NCBI GenBank assembly: GCA_976226885.1
Contig: OZ320321.1
Coordinates: 4,154,001-4,218,000 of the forward strand
Reading direction: 5' to 3'
Source: Iphione sp. A-MEVVRFRX5
Taxonomy: Eukaryota
Length of the DNA stretch: 64,000 nt
Shown: in pieces, positions 25,169 through 37,752 of the stretch
Layout: every line of letters starts with the position of its first letter
How positions within the stretch are numbered: the first letter of the stretch is position 1
Notes under the pieces: generated by a model
Seen by the model: only the letters and a program-made list of their open reading frames with translations
Databases searched by the model: none
Told to the model about the DNA's origin: nothing
Position numbers and translations under genes: made by a program

Positions 25169-26392
25169 ATGGTGGAGGAGGCGGCAGATTCAACCAAAGC
25201 ACGGGTGGAGTCAGCCAAGCTGGCGGAGTGCGGCAAAGGGGCAGAGCTCGCCATGGGTTGGCTGGAGCCTGCCCAACTCTGGCCGGAGCCCATCTCATTC
25301 TGCTGGTCCACAGACAACGGGGACTGCCACTCCCCTGGAGGCGAGGACACCCCCCAAGATAGGGAAGCAGAGGCAGAGAGGGGCACGGAGGAGTTGCCCC
25401 TAGCTCCTAGCCCTGCTCCCCATGCCCTGATAGGAACTGGTCAGGACACTAATGACCCAGTCCCCGGTGAAAGCGGTGGGAAGGAGGAGGCGGAGGCAGC
25501 TGCCTCGCCCTCTTTATGGACAGGCTTTGTGGAAGAACTGTGTTCCGCTCTCTTGAGGCACTCAGAAGAGTCAGGTGAAACCTGATACCTACGATGGCAG
25601 CATCCCTCTTCGAGACTTCCTCCAGCACTTCGAGCTGGTGGCGTTGGCCAACCACTGGACTGATACAGACAAAGCTATACAGCTGGGCAGCACACTATGG
25701 AAATCGGTGCGAGCAGTCCTGCGAGGCACGGGAGTCGACATGAAAGGGGCCAGGGCACATCAGCAGCTGGTGAGTGACCTTACTGAGTGTTTTCAGTTGA
25801 AACTCCAGACGGATGTCTACATCCAGCAGTTGAAGGGGCGTCGGCAGGAGAAGTTGGAAGTACTGGCGAACCTAGCAGACGAGATAGAGGGCCTGGTGCA
25901 ACTGGCATACCCTGAGGCCAAGGGTACCTGGAAAGACCATATGTGCAGGGAGTACTATGTGGGGGCATTGGGTAATTGATTTGGAAGTTGGTGACACAGG
26001 CTCTGGTCTCCACCTTTCGAGAGGCCCTCTTTGCTTCACAGGTGGCAGAATCGTACCAGAATAAGATGGATCAAGGGGCCCCTAAGAAGGTGCACAAGCT
26101 TGAGGTAGTGGGGCAGGTTCCGGCTCCGTTGGGACCACCCATGAAGAAGGAGGCCCCGCCTGCCGTATGGGAGCAACTAGGACAACTACTGCAACAGCTG
26201 GTGACTGGACAGGGAGAAGCCAATAAGGAGAACAGGCACCCAGTGAACAAGAAGTGTTTCAACTGCCGGAGCTTGGATACTTTCAGCAGAGTTGCCTGCA
26301 TCCCCCCAAGGAGCAGCCATCAGAAAACGGGGGCACGGCTGCCCCTCAGCAGTAGGGTCGGCGGCCAAAGAAGATTCAACGGAGAGGGGTAA
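25169..26392 (+). pseudogene. gag: Gypsy A gag
   Basis: KPDTYDG..LRDFLQHFELVALANHW..DKA.QL, LANLADEIEGLVQLAYP; degenerate knuckle CFNC; frameshifts. Confidence 0.82.
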
Positions 26393-29300
26393 TGGACTGG
26401 AGGAACATCTACGGATGTTGGGCCTGGAGGCCAGGAGAGGGGTGATCCTGGAGGGAGAGGACAACCCGGCCATGAACATAATGCTCCCCAGTGAGATGGC
26501 TGGACTCCAAGTCCCGTGATTGGTGGAAAAGGGGGCCTCCCTCATGTTGCTATCAAAGGATGTGGCAGTCGCCCTTCTCCTGGGGGAGTTGGAGCAGGCG
26601 GTAGGCCAGATATTATGCACCGACGGGAAGCCCCTCCAAGTGCGGGGGCGGACCCAACTACAAGTAAGGTTCACCGGAGTGGACCTCAAAGTCAAGGCTT
26701 AGGTGGCCCGGATAGATTGCCCCACAATACTGGGGCTGGATATGCTATGCTGCTGGAGAGTGCAGGTGGACACAGAGGGGGCCGCACTCCTGGTGCGAGT
26801 CCCCGAGGATGACAGTACGGAAGGGTGCCGGGCCATGTTGGCTGGAGACTACCAGCTAGATGGGCGGAGTGCAGTACAGGCCCATGTTCGCTGGGAGGAG
26901 CCGGATGGTTGAGATCGGCCGGTGTTGGTAGAGGCTTCCCCTGAGTGGGAGGGACGCTCTGGTATGATGCTGGTGTGTACAGTGTGCCCAGCAGGCAGTT
27001 GGATAGGAGCTGTGGAGATTACCAAACTAGGGTCCCAGGGGCATCGCTTGCGCCAAGGCATGGTCCAGCTGGTTGACGGGGCAAGCGAACCGGAACAGGA
27101 GGGGGAAGCCGGGGCAGAGGTGGCCCCTGGACTTTGACCCACCCAGCGAGGCCTGCTAGAGCAACTATCCGGGGAGCTGAGCCAGGTCTGGTGGACAGAC
27201 ATGAAGTGGATGTTGCAGCGGAACATTGACTGCTTCCAAGAGGAGGGTGCAGCTCTAGGGAGGACCGAGGTGGTACAGCATAGGATTGACACCCAGGGAC
27301 ACAGGCTGATATGACAGAGAGTTTGGTGCCTGCCACCTGCCAAGAAGGCCTTGGTCCTGCACAAAGTGGACAAGATGGTGCGGCAGGGGGTGCTAGAGCC
27401 ATCGACGAGTCCTTGGGCATCTCCGGTGGTGCTGCTAAGCAAGAAGGACCAGAGTTGGCAGTTCTGCATAGACTATCGGGTGCTCAACAGACTGATGCAT
27501 ACCCCCTGCTGTGGATCGACAAGACTCCTGATGTGCTCCAAGGGGAGCTCTACTTTTCGGTGATCAACCTGGCCAGTGGCTACTGGCAGGTGGGAATGAG
27601 GCTGGAGGACAGAGAGAAGACGGCTGTATGCACACCTGGAGGGCTCTACCAGTTTCGCGTTATGCCCTTTTGGCTGTGTAATTCACCATCAACATTCAAA
27701 CGGCTGATGGAGGCAGTGCTGCAAGGGCTCGTAGGGCAGACATACTTGATTTATTTTGATGATGTGATAGTCATTGGCCGGACGGTCAAAGCGCTGACAC
27801 AGTGGCTGGATGAAGTCTTCGGCTGGTTATGAGGGGCCAGTCTTAAAGTCAAGCTGCAGAAGTGCCAGCTGTTCCAAGAGAGAGTGGTGTACCTGGTGCA
27901 CCAGGTGTCTGCAGAAGGCGTGGGGCCCGACCCGAAAAAGATCAAGTCTGTGCAGGCCTGGCCAGTACCCTGCTGCATCACAGAGCTCAGGAGCTTCATT
28001 GGTTTATGCTCATACTACCAGAGTTTCCTTGAAGGCTTTGCTGCATTGGCCGCCCTCTTGCATGAACTGTTGGAGGCCAGGAGTACCAGTGGACTCAGGA
28101 CTGCCAGCAGGCCTTCTACAGCTTGAAGGTGAGGCTGGTCTCCGCCCTGGTATTGGCCTATCTTAGGCTGGAGGGACAGATGACATTGGATACAGATGCT
28201 TCCACAGCTGGACTGGGGGCGATGCTCTCACAGGAACAAGACGGGAAGGAGCGAGTGTTGGTGTACGTGAGTTGTAGCCTGACCCGGCCAGAGAACAACT
28301 ACTGTGTGACTTGAAAGGAGTTATTAGCAGTGGTGTTCAGCTTACGCAAGTTCCATTCCTATGTAAGGGGTCAGAAGCTAGTGATACGCAAGGATCACAG
28401 CTCACTATGCTGGCTCTGCAATTTCAAGGTTCTGAAGGCCAGCTTTCACGCTGGCTGGAAGAAGTGCACTGTTATGATATGGAGATCATCCACCACCCAG
28501 GTCAGAAGCACAATTTAGATAGCTTCTCCTGGAAGAAGTGCCCCCAGTGCGGAAGGGAGCCGGCAGAGGAGCCGGACGTGCTTGGGCAAGTCGTGGCTGT
28601 GGCAGTGGCTCCTGCAGAAGAGGACACTGTGGAGTACGCCCAGAAGCAGGATGCCCGAGTGGGACCCGTTCTGCAGGCACTGGAGGTAGCGGGGACGGTG
28701 CCCTCACTAAGTGGGAGTGAAGACTGAGAGGAGCACTGGCTGAAGGGAGAAGGACCTATGATGGAGATGAGAGATGGGCTCCTATGCCACCGATGGGAGA
28801 CCGAAGATGGTGCGGTGTGGCATCTGGCCTACATTCCTGAAGGGCAATGATTCGTGGTGTGACAGGAGCTGCACACTGGAGTTCTAGGGGGACACCTGGG
28901 TGCTGAGAAGACCGAAGGGGCCCTGCAGCAGAACTATTGCTGGCCCAGATTGGCACGAGACGTCCAGCAATGGGGGAGAGCATGCCTCGCCTGTCAGAAG
29001 AAGCAGGATCCAGCCAGGCGGCATCAAGCCCAGCTACAGCTAGAAGTAGCCCTGGCACCTTGGGAGTTTGTTGCAGTGGATGTGTGTGGCCCCTTCCCTG
29101 AGACTGCAAGAGGCAACACGTACATCCTAGTAGTGGCGGACCTTTTGACCGAGTGGACTGAAGCCTTCCTGGCCCCAGAGGTGACAGCGACGATCATAGG
29201 GCAGATCCTACTATGGGAGGTCAGCTGTAGATTTGGCCCTCCCTGGATCTTTTATTCCAATCAGGGGAGGAACTTCAAAGCAGCGGTCGTCCAGGAGCTG

Positions 29301-29880
29301 TTACAGATGCTTGGGATCCAGTGTTCCCATACCACCCTGTATCATCCCCAGAGCAACAGGGTGGTAGAGAGATTCAACCGGACCCTCCTGGGGATGTTAG
29401 CCTGTAAGGTCTTGTAGGAGGATCAGTCTAACGAGAAGATCCCCTTCATTCTTGCTGCATAACGGCTACACCTCATGGCTCACCTTGCAATGCGAGACTA
29501 CCCTGCCCTTGGAGCTGATGGTGGGGGCTCCCCAGGGAGAACCCAAGTCTGTGTTTCAGTTTGTACAGGAGGTCCACCACCATTATGTGGATGTCCACGG
29601 GATAGTCCGGAGGCACCTGCAGAGAGCTGCAGAGTGGCAGAAGGATTGGTTTGATTGCAAAGTACAAGCCCAAGAATTTGACGTTGGAGATCAAGTGTGG
29701 GTCTACAGTCTGATCAAGAAGAAGGGGTGCTCCCCTAAGCTACAGAGCTGTTGGCAAGGACCGTGGATAGTCCAAGTGAGATTGAGCGCCATTGTCTACC
29801 GAATTAAACAAGGCCACTAAGACAGAGTAGTACACGCCAACCTCTTAAAGAGAGCATTCAGGTGTACCGAGGAAGAAGAG
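26393..29880 (+). pseudogene. pol: Gypsy A pol (PR, RT, RNase H, integrase), many frameshifts
   Basis: SPWASPVVL..KKD..WQFCIDYR.LN, YFDDVIV, TLDTDAS..GLGA.LSQ, CLAC, VAVDVCGPFP, YHPQSN.VVERFNRTL, GPY/F-like WQGPW. Confidence 0.9.
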
Positions 29881-30362
29881 GAAGCCATGCTCGGACTTGT
29901 CAGAGTTTTGAGGTCAGAGCCCGGTGAAGTGGGCCACCTGGATACCGGTGTTCAGCCGCCACTAGCCCCAACCGGCTGGTATAGGTGCCGCCAAGGGCGG
30001 CACCCTGAGCAGACCAAGCTGTCGCCGCCGCATTCTCCTCATGCTGCAATGCCCCCCTCCCGGGGACTTCCACCTTTAAAGTGGATTCCCCAGGGGTGGG
30101 TGGACCTGGTAGCTCTGGAACTACGTGTACTTAGTGATCGGACCTGTCAAGTTCTTCAGCCCCTCCCCTCTCGGTTACTACAACACCGGGAGGGAGAGCT
30201 GTCCTGTCCTCCCAAAAGATTTCACTGGATAATGTGGAGATTGAAGGGCTTGAGGGAGACGCTGCAGCAGCACTATAGGCGGCGAGCCACTGACCACCTG
30301 ATCCAAGTCCTCCGCCCAGAGCCAACCACAGCCTGGCGGAGCACGCCCAGTCAACCCGCTCT

Positions 30363-30467
30363 GGGCGGAGGTTATACCGCACTCTGCCTGTCCCCAGCCA
30401 ATCAGAATCGAGTGCGGGAACATTAAGCCAATCAGTGACTGGCAAAGCTCTGTGCCGGAGGATATAA
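30363..30467 (+). promoter_or_regulatory. Candidate internal Pol II promoter in Gypsy A (GC box, two CCAAT boxes, TATA)
   Basis: GGGCGG 30363, CCAAT 30398 and 30428, TATAA 30463; Kozak-context ATG at 30732. Confidence 0.55.
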
Positions 30468-30731
30468 GGAGGTGGCGTTGCAGGAGGCGGTTCATGGCCG
30501 AACTCTGCCATGTCACCACAGCTTTCCCAGAGTCCAGCCGGAGGTTGCCCAAGCCATCCAGTGGAGAGAGTAGGGTTGTTCTGCCCACTGGAGGTCACCC
30601 CAGCTGCTGGAGCCTGCCAACCCCTCCTGCTGGAGCTCGCTTGACCCACCCGAGCCCGCCGACAGTCTCCGCCAGAGTAAGCTCAACCCACCGGAGCCTG
30701 CATTGCCAGAGTACCTATCGGCGAGCCTGAC

Positions 30732-32440
30732 ATGGCATCGAAGTATGAGGCATGCCTCTGCTGCCATTGTGGGTGCGCCTCCGACAATGAGTACAACTTC
30801 AAGCGCCATGTGAAAAAGCATTCGTGACAGGGCTTCATGAGGTGTGTCCTATACCCCGCCTCAAGGGGGCACAGTTCAGCCATCTGGACAATGTCCGGCG
30901 GAACCTCGAGAAACAACACACCAAGGAGGCGGACTGGTCGTTGGAGTTGGGGCAGTCCGTCGACGTGGTACACATGGACCTTGCCTCAGGGGAGATCATC
31001 CCCATTCCCCCTGACCTGGAAACGGAGTACGAGTGACAGAAACAAGTTGAGGCCTACGACAAGCAGAAGGAGATGGCCATGAGCCAGAGGGAAGCCCTGC
31101 TCCCCCGGCCCAAGTTGGGCTGACGTCCCCCTGTGGGTTGAGGGGCCTCTGCTGCTTCCGGCTGGCCCCTGGCTGGAGAGTCCGATGAGAAGGAAGAAGA
31201 GGAAGGGGAGGAGGTTACTGAAACACGCCAGCTCCAGCCCAGACTGGGGAGAGGGGCCCAGGTCTCCTCAACAGTGTCTACGCCAGGGACCTCTAAGGCA
31301 CCAGCCACCCCAGCCTCTACAGTGTCCATAGAGGCTCAACTCTTTGGGCTGGACACGTCACCAGAAGTCCAGCCCCAGAAGATATTTCAGCGGGCACCTT
31401 CCACCTCTCAGGGCCCAGCAGCAGCAGCTCCCCTGTCCACAGCTGGAGCCGCTCAGGTCCAAGAGATGCCCCCGAGTCAGGCAAGAGGAGTGGCACCACC
31501 AGCAGAGGAAGACCCGATTACCCCCAGCCATGGTTGGGACTTGGCTGCCATAGGGAGGAAGCCCAGGAGAAGTGGAAATACCAGTCCCAGACCAGCCCCA
31601 TCACACTGGCCATCACGACCATGTCCCCTCTTCACTGCACCTTGGTCTCAGCCAGGATCAAGGGGTAGGGGCACATTCCCCAGTCCACCCCAGGCTCTGT
31701 CGGGTCCTCCTCATACAGCACGGCAGTCCGGGTGTTGGACGAGCACCTGGGGGGGGCTGGGAAAACGTGGAGCATTCTGAGCAGCCGAGAAATGTGGTCG
31801 TGAAAGGCTCATAGCCAGAGTCGGAGGATGAAGGTGCTGGCCCCAAGACGTGACAGTGCCTTCCAGTACTCTGGCTAAGCAGGGTGCTAGCCCTGGAGGG
31901 ACCTGTGGCAGGGTCCGCTATGCCTGTCTGGAACTGGCGGGGGGCATTCCTGGTGTAGCTCAAGAATCTGAGGAGGGCTTAGCAATTGAAGAAGAGGCCG
32001 CCGCCACCCTGGCGGAGCTCAGCGGTAGCTATCCCTCTGCTCTCACGATGGAGTCGGAGCAGCAGCCGGGCCCCAGTGACCTCCAGCTGGAGGAAGAAGT
32101 CGAGCGGGAACCAGATGTCCCCCCGGCACTCCTGGGATGGCAAGAGGAGGGGAGGCAGTCAACTAACTCCCCTCCAGCTGACCAGGAGGTCTTCTCCCCG
32201 GCACTCCCGGGACAGTGGGAGGAGGGAGCCAGTTACCAGTCTCCCCTCCCGCGAACCAGGAGGTTCTACCCCGGCACCCCCGGGATGGCAACATGATGGG
32301 GAGGCTTCAGCCCTGGAGCCTCCCAAGGACCAGGAGGTCCTCACACCGGCACTCCCAGGATGTTGACCCGATGGGGAGGCCCCGACCCAGGCGCCTCCCC
32401 TGGACCTGGAGGTCCTCCCCCCGGCACCCCCCGGGACATC
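30732..32440 (+). pseudogene. Gypsy A 3' accessory ORF: two C2H2 fingers + long Pro/Glu/Ser-rich repetitive tail
   Basis: MASKYEACLCCHC-x12-HVKKH, then after a 1-nt shift CPIP..KGAQFSHLDNVRR.LEKQH. ORFs 30824, 31274 and 31850 share a frame separated by TGA stops. The end is approximate. Confidence 0.6.
32105..32440 (+). repeat. Degenerate coding tandem repeat, about 5 units (gaccaggaggt...ccggcactcccggga; DQEV.xPALPG)
   Basis: Core motif at ~32109, 32179, 32254, 32328 and 32402. Confidence 0.75.
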
Positions 32441-33037
32441 TAGATGAGGCAGGGAAGGACCATCGCAGGGGGGGGCCGAGCCAACCCTCCCCTGGCTACC
32501 AGCACCCCAGCTCCAGCTGGACCCTCCCGACCGGGGATAAGGATGGGCCCGACCGTGGACTTAACCAAGAAGGCAGGGGCCAAACCTGGCGCCTCCAGGC
32601 AACTACAAATGAACCCGACTGAGGTGCCTGGGCTGGTCGTCCACTGGGCTTAGGCCCGGGTGGTCACTCCTCTCATCACTCCCCCTGCTGGATGGTGGTT
32701 ACTCACCACTAGAGGGACAGCCACCGTCACCCCTCAGGTGAACAGTACGTTGGTGTGGATCTGGCAGGGGGTGGCTACAGGAGCAGGGGCGCGAGGAGCC
32801 CTGAGTGCATCCCGTGTGAGTGTTTTCCGAACTTACCATGCATGTTCCTGAAGTAGACCAACTGGACTTATCACTTGACAAAGAATTTCAAGTGACATTG
32901 GATAAGCCTAGGGGGGACCATTAGAGGTCCCCAAATAGATAAATCTTAAATAAGTAAGGTCATATTCTCTTTATTCATGCTGTTGTGGTTGACAATGTTG
33001 GCTCAGGGACTGAGCCAACTTGGGCGGAGTTCGCTCG

Positions 33038-34500
33038 TGTGACGTTCTACACTCCCCTTTTGGAGGAGTTTTTAGATTTTTTTTTTTTTGGGAGGATGTC
33101 ACTTTCCTGAGGGATCGATAGGGTGGGTATTGTGGAGCAAAGCACCTCCTACCTTGGGGTTTTCTTCTCGAATCCTGGATTCCTTTCTTCTTCTGTGGTC
33201 CAGGGCGGCCTCCAGTCCTGGATCTTTTAGTCTTGAATCTGATGTTTTCTTTTTCCAGCAGGAATTAATAAAGTTTTGTGTTCATACACCTGACCTGTGT
33301 TGGTTGATTTTGGTTTTGAAGAGGCTTAAGATTATCACCCTCACAGAGTAATGTAGAAGATGAAATAGAGGAACGAGGACCCTGAGTGTAGGGTTTCGAG
33401 GGCTTTATTCCGAGTACATCAGTTGGATGATATGCTTTTCCCCTCTGACAGTAGAGCTAAGCTGGCAGACGTGTGGCAGGATGAACTTACATTTGGTGTC
33501 AGGTTCGGGACTTACGAGGCAGACCAGAGCCTGTGGATTCAAGTCCTGGGCAGGAGGGTTGGAGTCCTTCTTAGTCGGGAGTCCTCCCGACTGGGCAGCT
33601 GCCAGTAAAAGACCGGAGGATAGGTGGTTCCTCCAGCAGGGCTCTGGCCTGGTCTCGGCCACTCAAAAATGCTGGGTACTGAATCTCTTATTTCGCAACC
33701 CTAACTGATTTTAAAACTCTCTCTCCTCTGGGGAAGATGTGCAGCCTCTTTATATACGTCCCTGGTCCCAGGCTCTCCCTTCGCATTGGCTGAAAAGGGG
33801 CTATTCTGATTGGACGGTTGGGGGAGAGAACTGCTCTGATTGGCTCACATAAGTAAGCACCCCACGTTGAGGCCCAAGAGATCAAAGGGATTCCAGGTAA
33901 AGACAGATGGGGGCCCTAGAAATTGCACAATCCGTTGGTGAAGACTAATGAGGGCCATAAACGTCAGTTTAAGCTAAAAGTGTACCAGAATTCTCATAAA
34001 GTTTGTACTCAGGGCCATAACGCCTGTCAGTGGCTAGGAAAGATAATTGGATGGGTGATGAGGCAGGAGTCCAGATCCTTTGGAAAGGCAGACATCCGGG
34101 TCTAGCTCATTCAAGGGAGGAACTCGGACCGGAGTCACAAAGACAGGAATTTGTTGAGTATGCTGGACACCCAGAAGTAAGGAGAAAATATTCTTCACCT
34201 GTCAGATTCCTATCAAGTTGAGTTATTAGGAGATAGGAATCTCTTTTGATCTGGTGACTACCCTTCAGATGAGTTGCGAAAGAGAGGGATTACTCACACC
34301 TGCTTAGATTCCTTTGAGTTGCATCATAAAATGTTGGGAATCTGCTGACTGTCTTTTTTGAAGGGAACATTGGTGTCCCTTGAGTGGGAAAGGGTGGGAC
34401 GGGTATATAGTAAATGCTGAGTCGGCACAGAAGGCTCAGATGAGGTTGAATTTGCCTTCCCACAATGGAGTCGATGTTTAAGGGAGTTGTTGATCTAACA
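33038..34500 (-). repeat. 3' LTR of element B (~1.46 kb)
   Basis: Colinear with 57493-58961. On the minus strand: three CCAAT boxes (~33785-33843), TATAAA (~33750-33757), AATAAA (~33404-33409). Confidence 0.95.
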
Positions 34501-34519
34501 CCCTCCCAAGCACTGAAAA
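34501..34519 (-). other. Polypurine tract region of element B
   Basis: Minus strand TTTTCAGTGCTTGGGAGGG abuts the TG of the 3' LTR. Confidence 0.6.
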
Positions 34520-35703
34520 AGCCGTGTTGCCATTACACGGGAAGATATGTCTGAATTGACTACTGTCAGAGAGGAGAGTCATCCAAGACACAGTCACATC
34601 AAGTTTAAAAAAGGGTACAAGTTACATTAAACAATCCGGTAAACAATTTACACACAGATTGATTGCTACAATCTCTGAGATAAAAAAAATCATCATTCAA
34701 TCACTGCCAAGGATAAGCACACAAGCTTCGGTCACCGGTGGTTGTTTATTGTTGCCCAAGATTTTTACCTTCTTGCGCCGGTCGACCTCCACCTGGGTGG
34801 ATCTTGGGGAGTGTCCAGAAACTACACAGCAAACCTAGGTAAGTAACCATTTTCTATGCAATGTGTACTCTGCAGGAAAGACCTCATTAATAAAATAAGA
34901 ACACTCAAGTAGAAACAAATAACTGAACATTTATGGTACTCATCGTGATAGTAAATTACAACATAACCCTAGAAGTGAACTTAGATCAATCCGGTATCAA
35001 GAAGATATTTCCCGTGCGCCGTGTAAGTGATTGTTGACCTTTTACTCATACAGAGGTGTATAATTTCAGGGCTCAGTTTCAATGTTGAAGACCCTTGCGG
35101 TCTTTTTACACATAGTCGTTGGAGGCCAGACTCTCAGTGGAGCTGGCATACGGGAAATGGAACAGCTTGACAATAGGATTCGGTTTTGGAGGCGGGGAGG
35201 TAGCATCTGCGGATGCCGCCTCTTCAACAACATCACTCATGTCCAATCTCGCCAGCAGCTCATGGTAAGTTGGTGGGGAGGAGGCGACAGATTCCGCTTG
35301 GGGAGGAGCATTATTAGGTTTAGGATTTTTCGATTCGATTGGGGGAGAAGAGGGGGTTAGGGGTAGTTTAGGATAAGGTCCATTTTGAAGGAGGTAAGCC
35401 TGTCCCTGCTGTCCAAGGATAAGGGCCTGGGATGGGAGGTCCTGGATGGTGAGCACAAGGGGCTGGATATGCCTACCCTTCCAAAGAGGGACACAGACCG
35501 CCCTTGGGAGAATAACCTTACGAGTAGAGATGGAGTCTGATTGGTACAGGGGGTTGGAATACGTAAGCCGAACCAGATAAGTAAAACATTGTCGCTCAAC
35601 CTGAATGGTGAGAACCTTGGGGACCAGAAAAGTAATAGTAGGGAGGGCATTCGTCCGAAACTCATGGAGGAGAAGGGTAGCATGATCTTTTGGGGACCCA
35701 ATT

Positions 35704-37752
35704 TTAAGCAGGATCTGGAATCCCGAGGGAGAAGGTACAGGGCCCGTTTCTGTAGATTTCGCTTTGCAGTATCTTTTGGATGGCGTCTACATGATCAAGG
35801 AGCTCATTGTCCTTGGGAGGCAAGGTGGGCCCAGGTCTATGTGTCGCTCCCAGCAGGACCGGTGTTGCCCTTGCTGCCGGTGCTAGGGCAAGGGACAAGG
35901 TAAGGGTGTTTATCTTTTGAAAGAGGTGGATAAGGCCAAAGAGAAGGAGGAGGGTCACTGCAGAGTGAATAGAGTTCCATGCCCACATAATGGGGGTAGC
36001 CACAGTTCGGGCTTGACTGGAAGTCCAGTTTGGCCAGTATGCCATTTCCTTCTCCTGTCTTATCCTGATCTGTCGAGATTGTTCTATTTTGCGGGCTATT
36101 TTGTCAAGGTCTACGCCTGTGTGATCGGGGAGGGACTGCGACAAGTTAAATAAGGAAGAGGAATTAGATGTGAATATCAAACAGGAAGAAGTCCTTGAAA
36201 GTAGCAGAGGCAGTGAAATTTGGTAGGGAGAGATTGAAGGCTGTGGCAGCTGCTAAATTGATGCCGTTGACTGGCATGATTGCTCGTTCTTTGGTACAGA
36301 ACGCTGATGGAGGCATGTTGTAGGGTCCCACAGTGAGTGAGCAGTTGCACGGGGGTTTATATGTACAGAGAGGACAGTGAACATTAGTGGTTTTTCCTAT
36401 CAGAGTGTCTTCACCGGGTGTGGACCCGCTGATATATTTACTGTATCGTTTAGCCTTTTAAGGTAGGGTGGCATAGTGTCATTGGGGTGAACTGTAAACT
36501 GGCACCGGTGTCTTACAAGATCATGTCTATCATAGAAGAGGCCAAAGAGCAAGTCTGGGTTGCTTAGACATTAATAGGGGGTAGGGTTGTACAGGTGAGG
36601 ACATCATGTCCTTCACAGAAGGATAAGTCATATGGTTCGAGCTCTATAAAGGCAGACTGAAGAGGGCAGACTGCCATGTAGGCTGGCATGCATTGGATCT
36701 TAGTATATCCATGTGTTGTGGTAGTGGGGAGGGGTGTGTTAAAAGTATGAACATGATAAAGGTCAAACTGATCGCCGGGAGTACCTATTGGTACTGAAAC
36801 ATGAAGGAATACGTAATGATTGGAGTACATGAACTTGGTAAGCACGTGTTAGTAAAAAAAACCTCGGTCTGAAATCATTATATTTTCGCAGCCTTTTAGC
36901 TTAATGTTAATTTTTGCTAATCCCCTAGTGAGTTGTGCTGGAGAAATTAGACTGCCAGGAAGTCGCCCTATGCATAAGTCGTTAATCGCCAAGCAGTAAT
37001 GCAAGTACTGCTGTTTTGCTTGATGGAGAGTGTTGATTTTTAGTAGGAGAGTGGAGAAATAGTGAGTTGCCTCTGTTACTGCGTCTATAAGGCTTGATTG
37101 ATTTTGGAGAAGGTGTTCAGTTTGCTTTGCTATCTGGTCAGCCTGGTGAATTATGTTGGTTATGGCCTGATCATGGCGGTGTGTCTGTTGGAGAATTGCT
37201 TGGACGGTAGTGGCGGTACTGTTGGATAGTTGTGCCAGTTGGTCCTGCAGCTCTCCAAAGCGAATTTGGCTGTTTACAGCATCTAGGGTGTCAATTCATT
37301 TAGCCAGAGCATGAATATCATCCATGGTTGCCGTTCCAAATATGTACTTGGATAGAGTTCCCATGAAGCCAAATGGTGCTCTTGGCTGTTTTCGCGTATC
37401 GTATGTAGTTGGAGCAACCAAAAGGTTCTGGAACTGCTGGTTTTCATCCACCGTTTCCGCGAAAACAGACATATATTTTATGAGTCCTGCATATGAAAAC
37501 TTCCAATCTGGAACATGCCGCGTGCCATGAGCAAGGTAAAGGTTTGATGGGAGGCTTGATGAGCTTATGGTGCGGAAAGGGGGCTGGTCTTGGTATGACA
37601 AAAAGGAGATCCACGCTTCTCGTGTTGACGAGGATTGGAGTTGACATCTTTTCGTAGAGGACGCCAAAGTTTTGTCTTAATATATATTTAGATCATGCTG
37701 CTGGTGTTAAGACAGCGACGAGTAGAAAAATGACTTGCGTCACGATAGTAAC
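35704..37752 (-). pseudogene. env: env-like class I fusion glycoprotein (errantivirus env / baculovirus F-like)
   Basis: Signal-like VIFLLVAVLTPAA; RQNFGVLYEK; basic cleavage site RKQPR followed by APFGFMGTLSKYIFGTATMDD; heptad region; Cys-rich ectodomain; TM-like AVTLLLLFGLIHLF; stops/frameshifts. Confidence 0.82.

Noticed and set aside
25031-33000. Many overlapping GC-rich ORFs on both strands in Gypsy A
   Set aside because: Expected from stop-poor GC-rich sequence and frameshifted gag/pol; no independent motifs.
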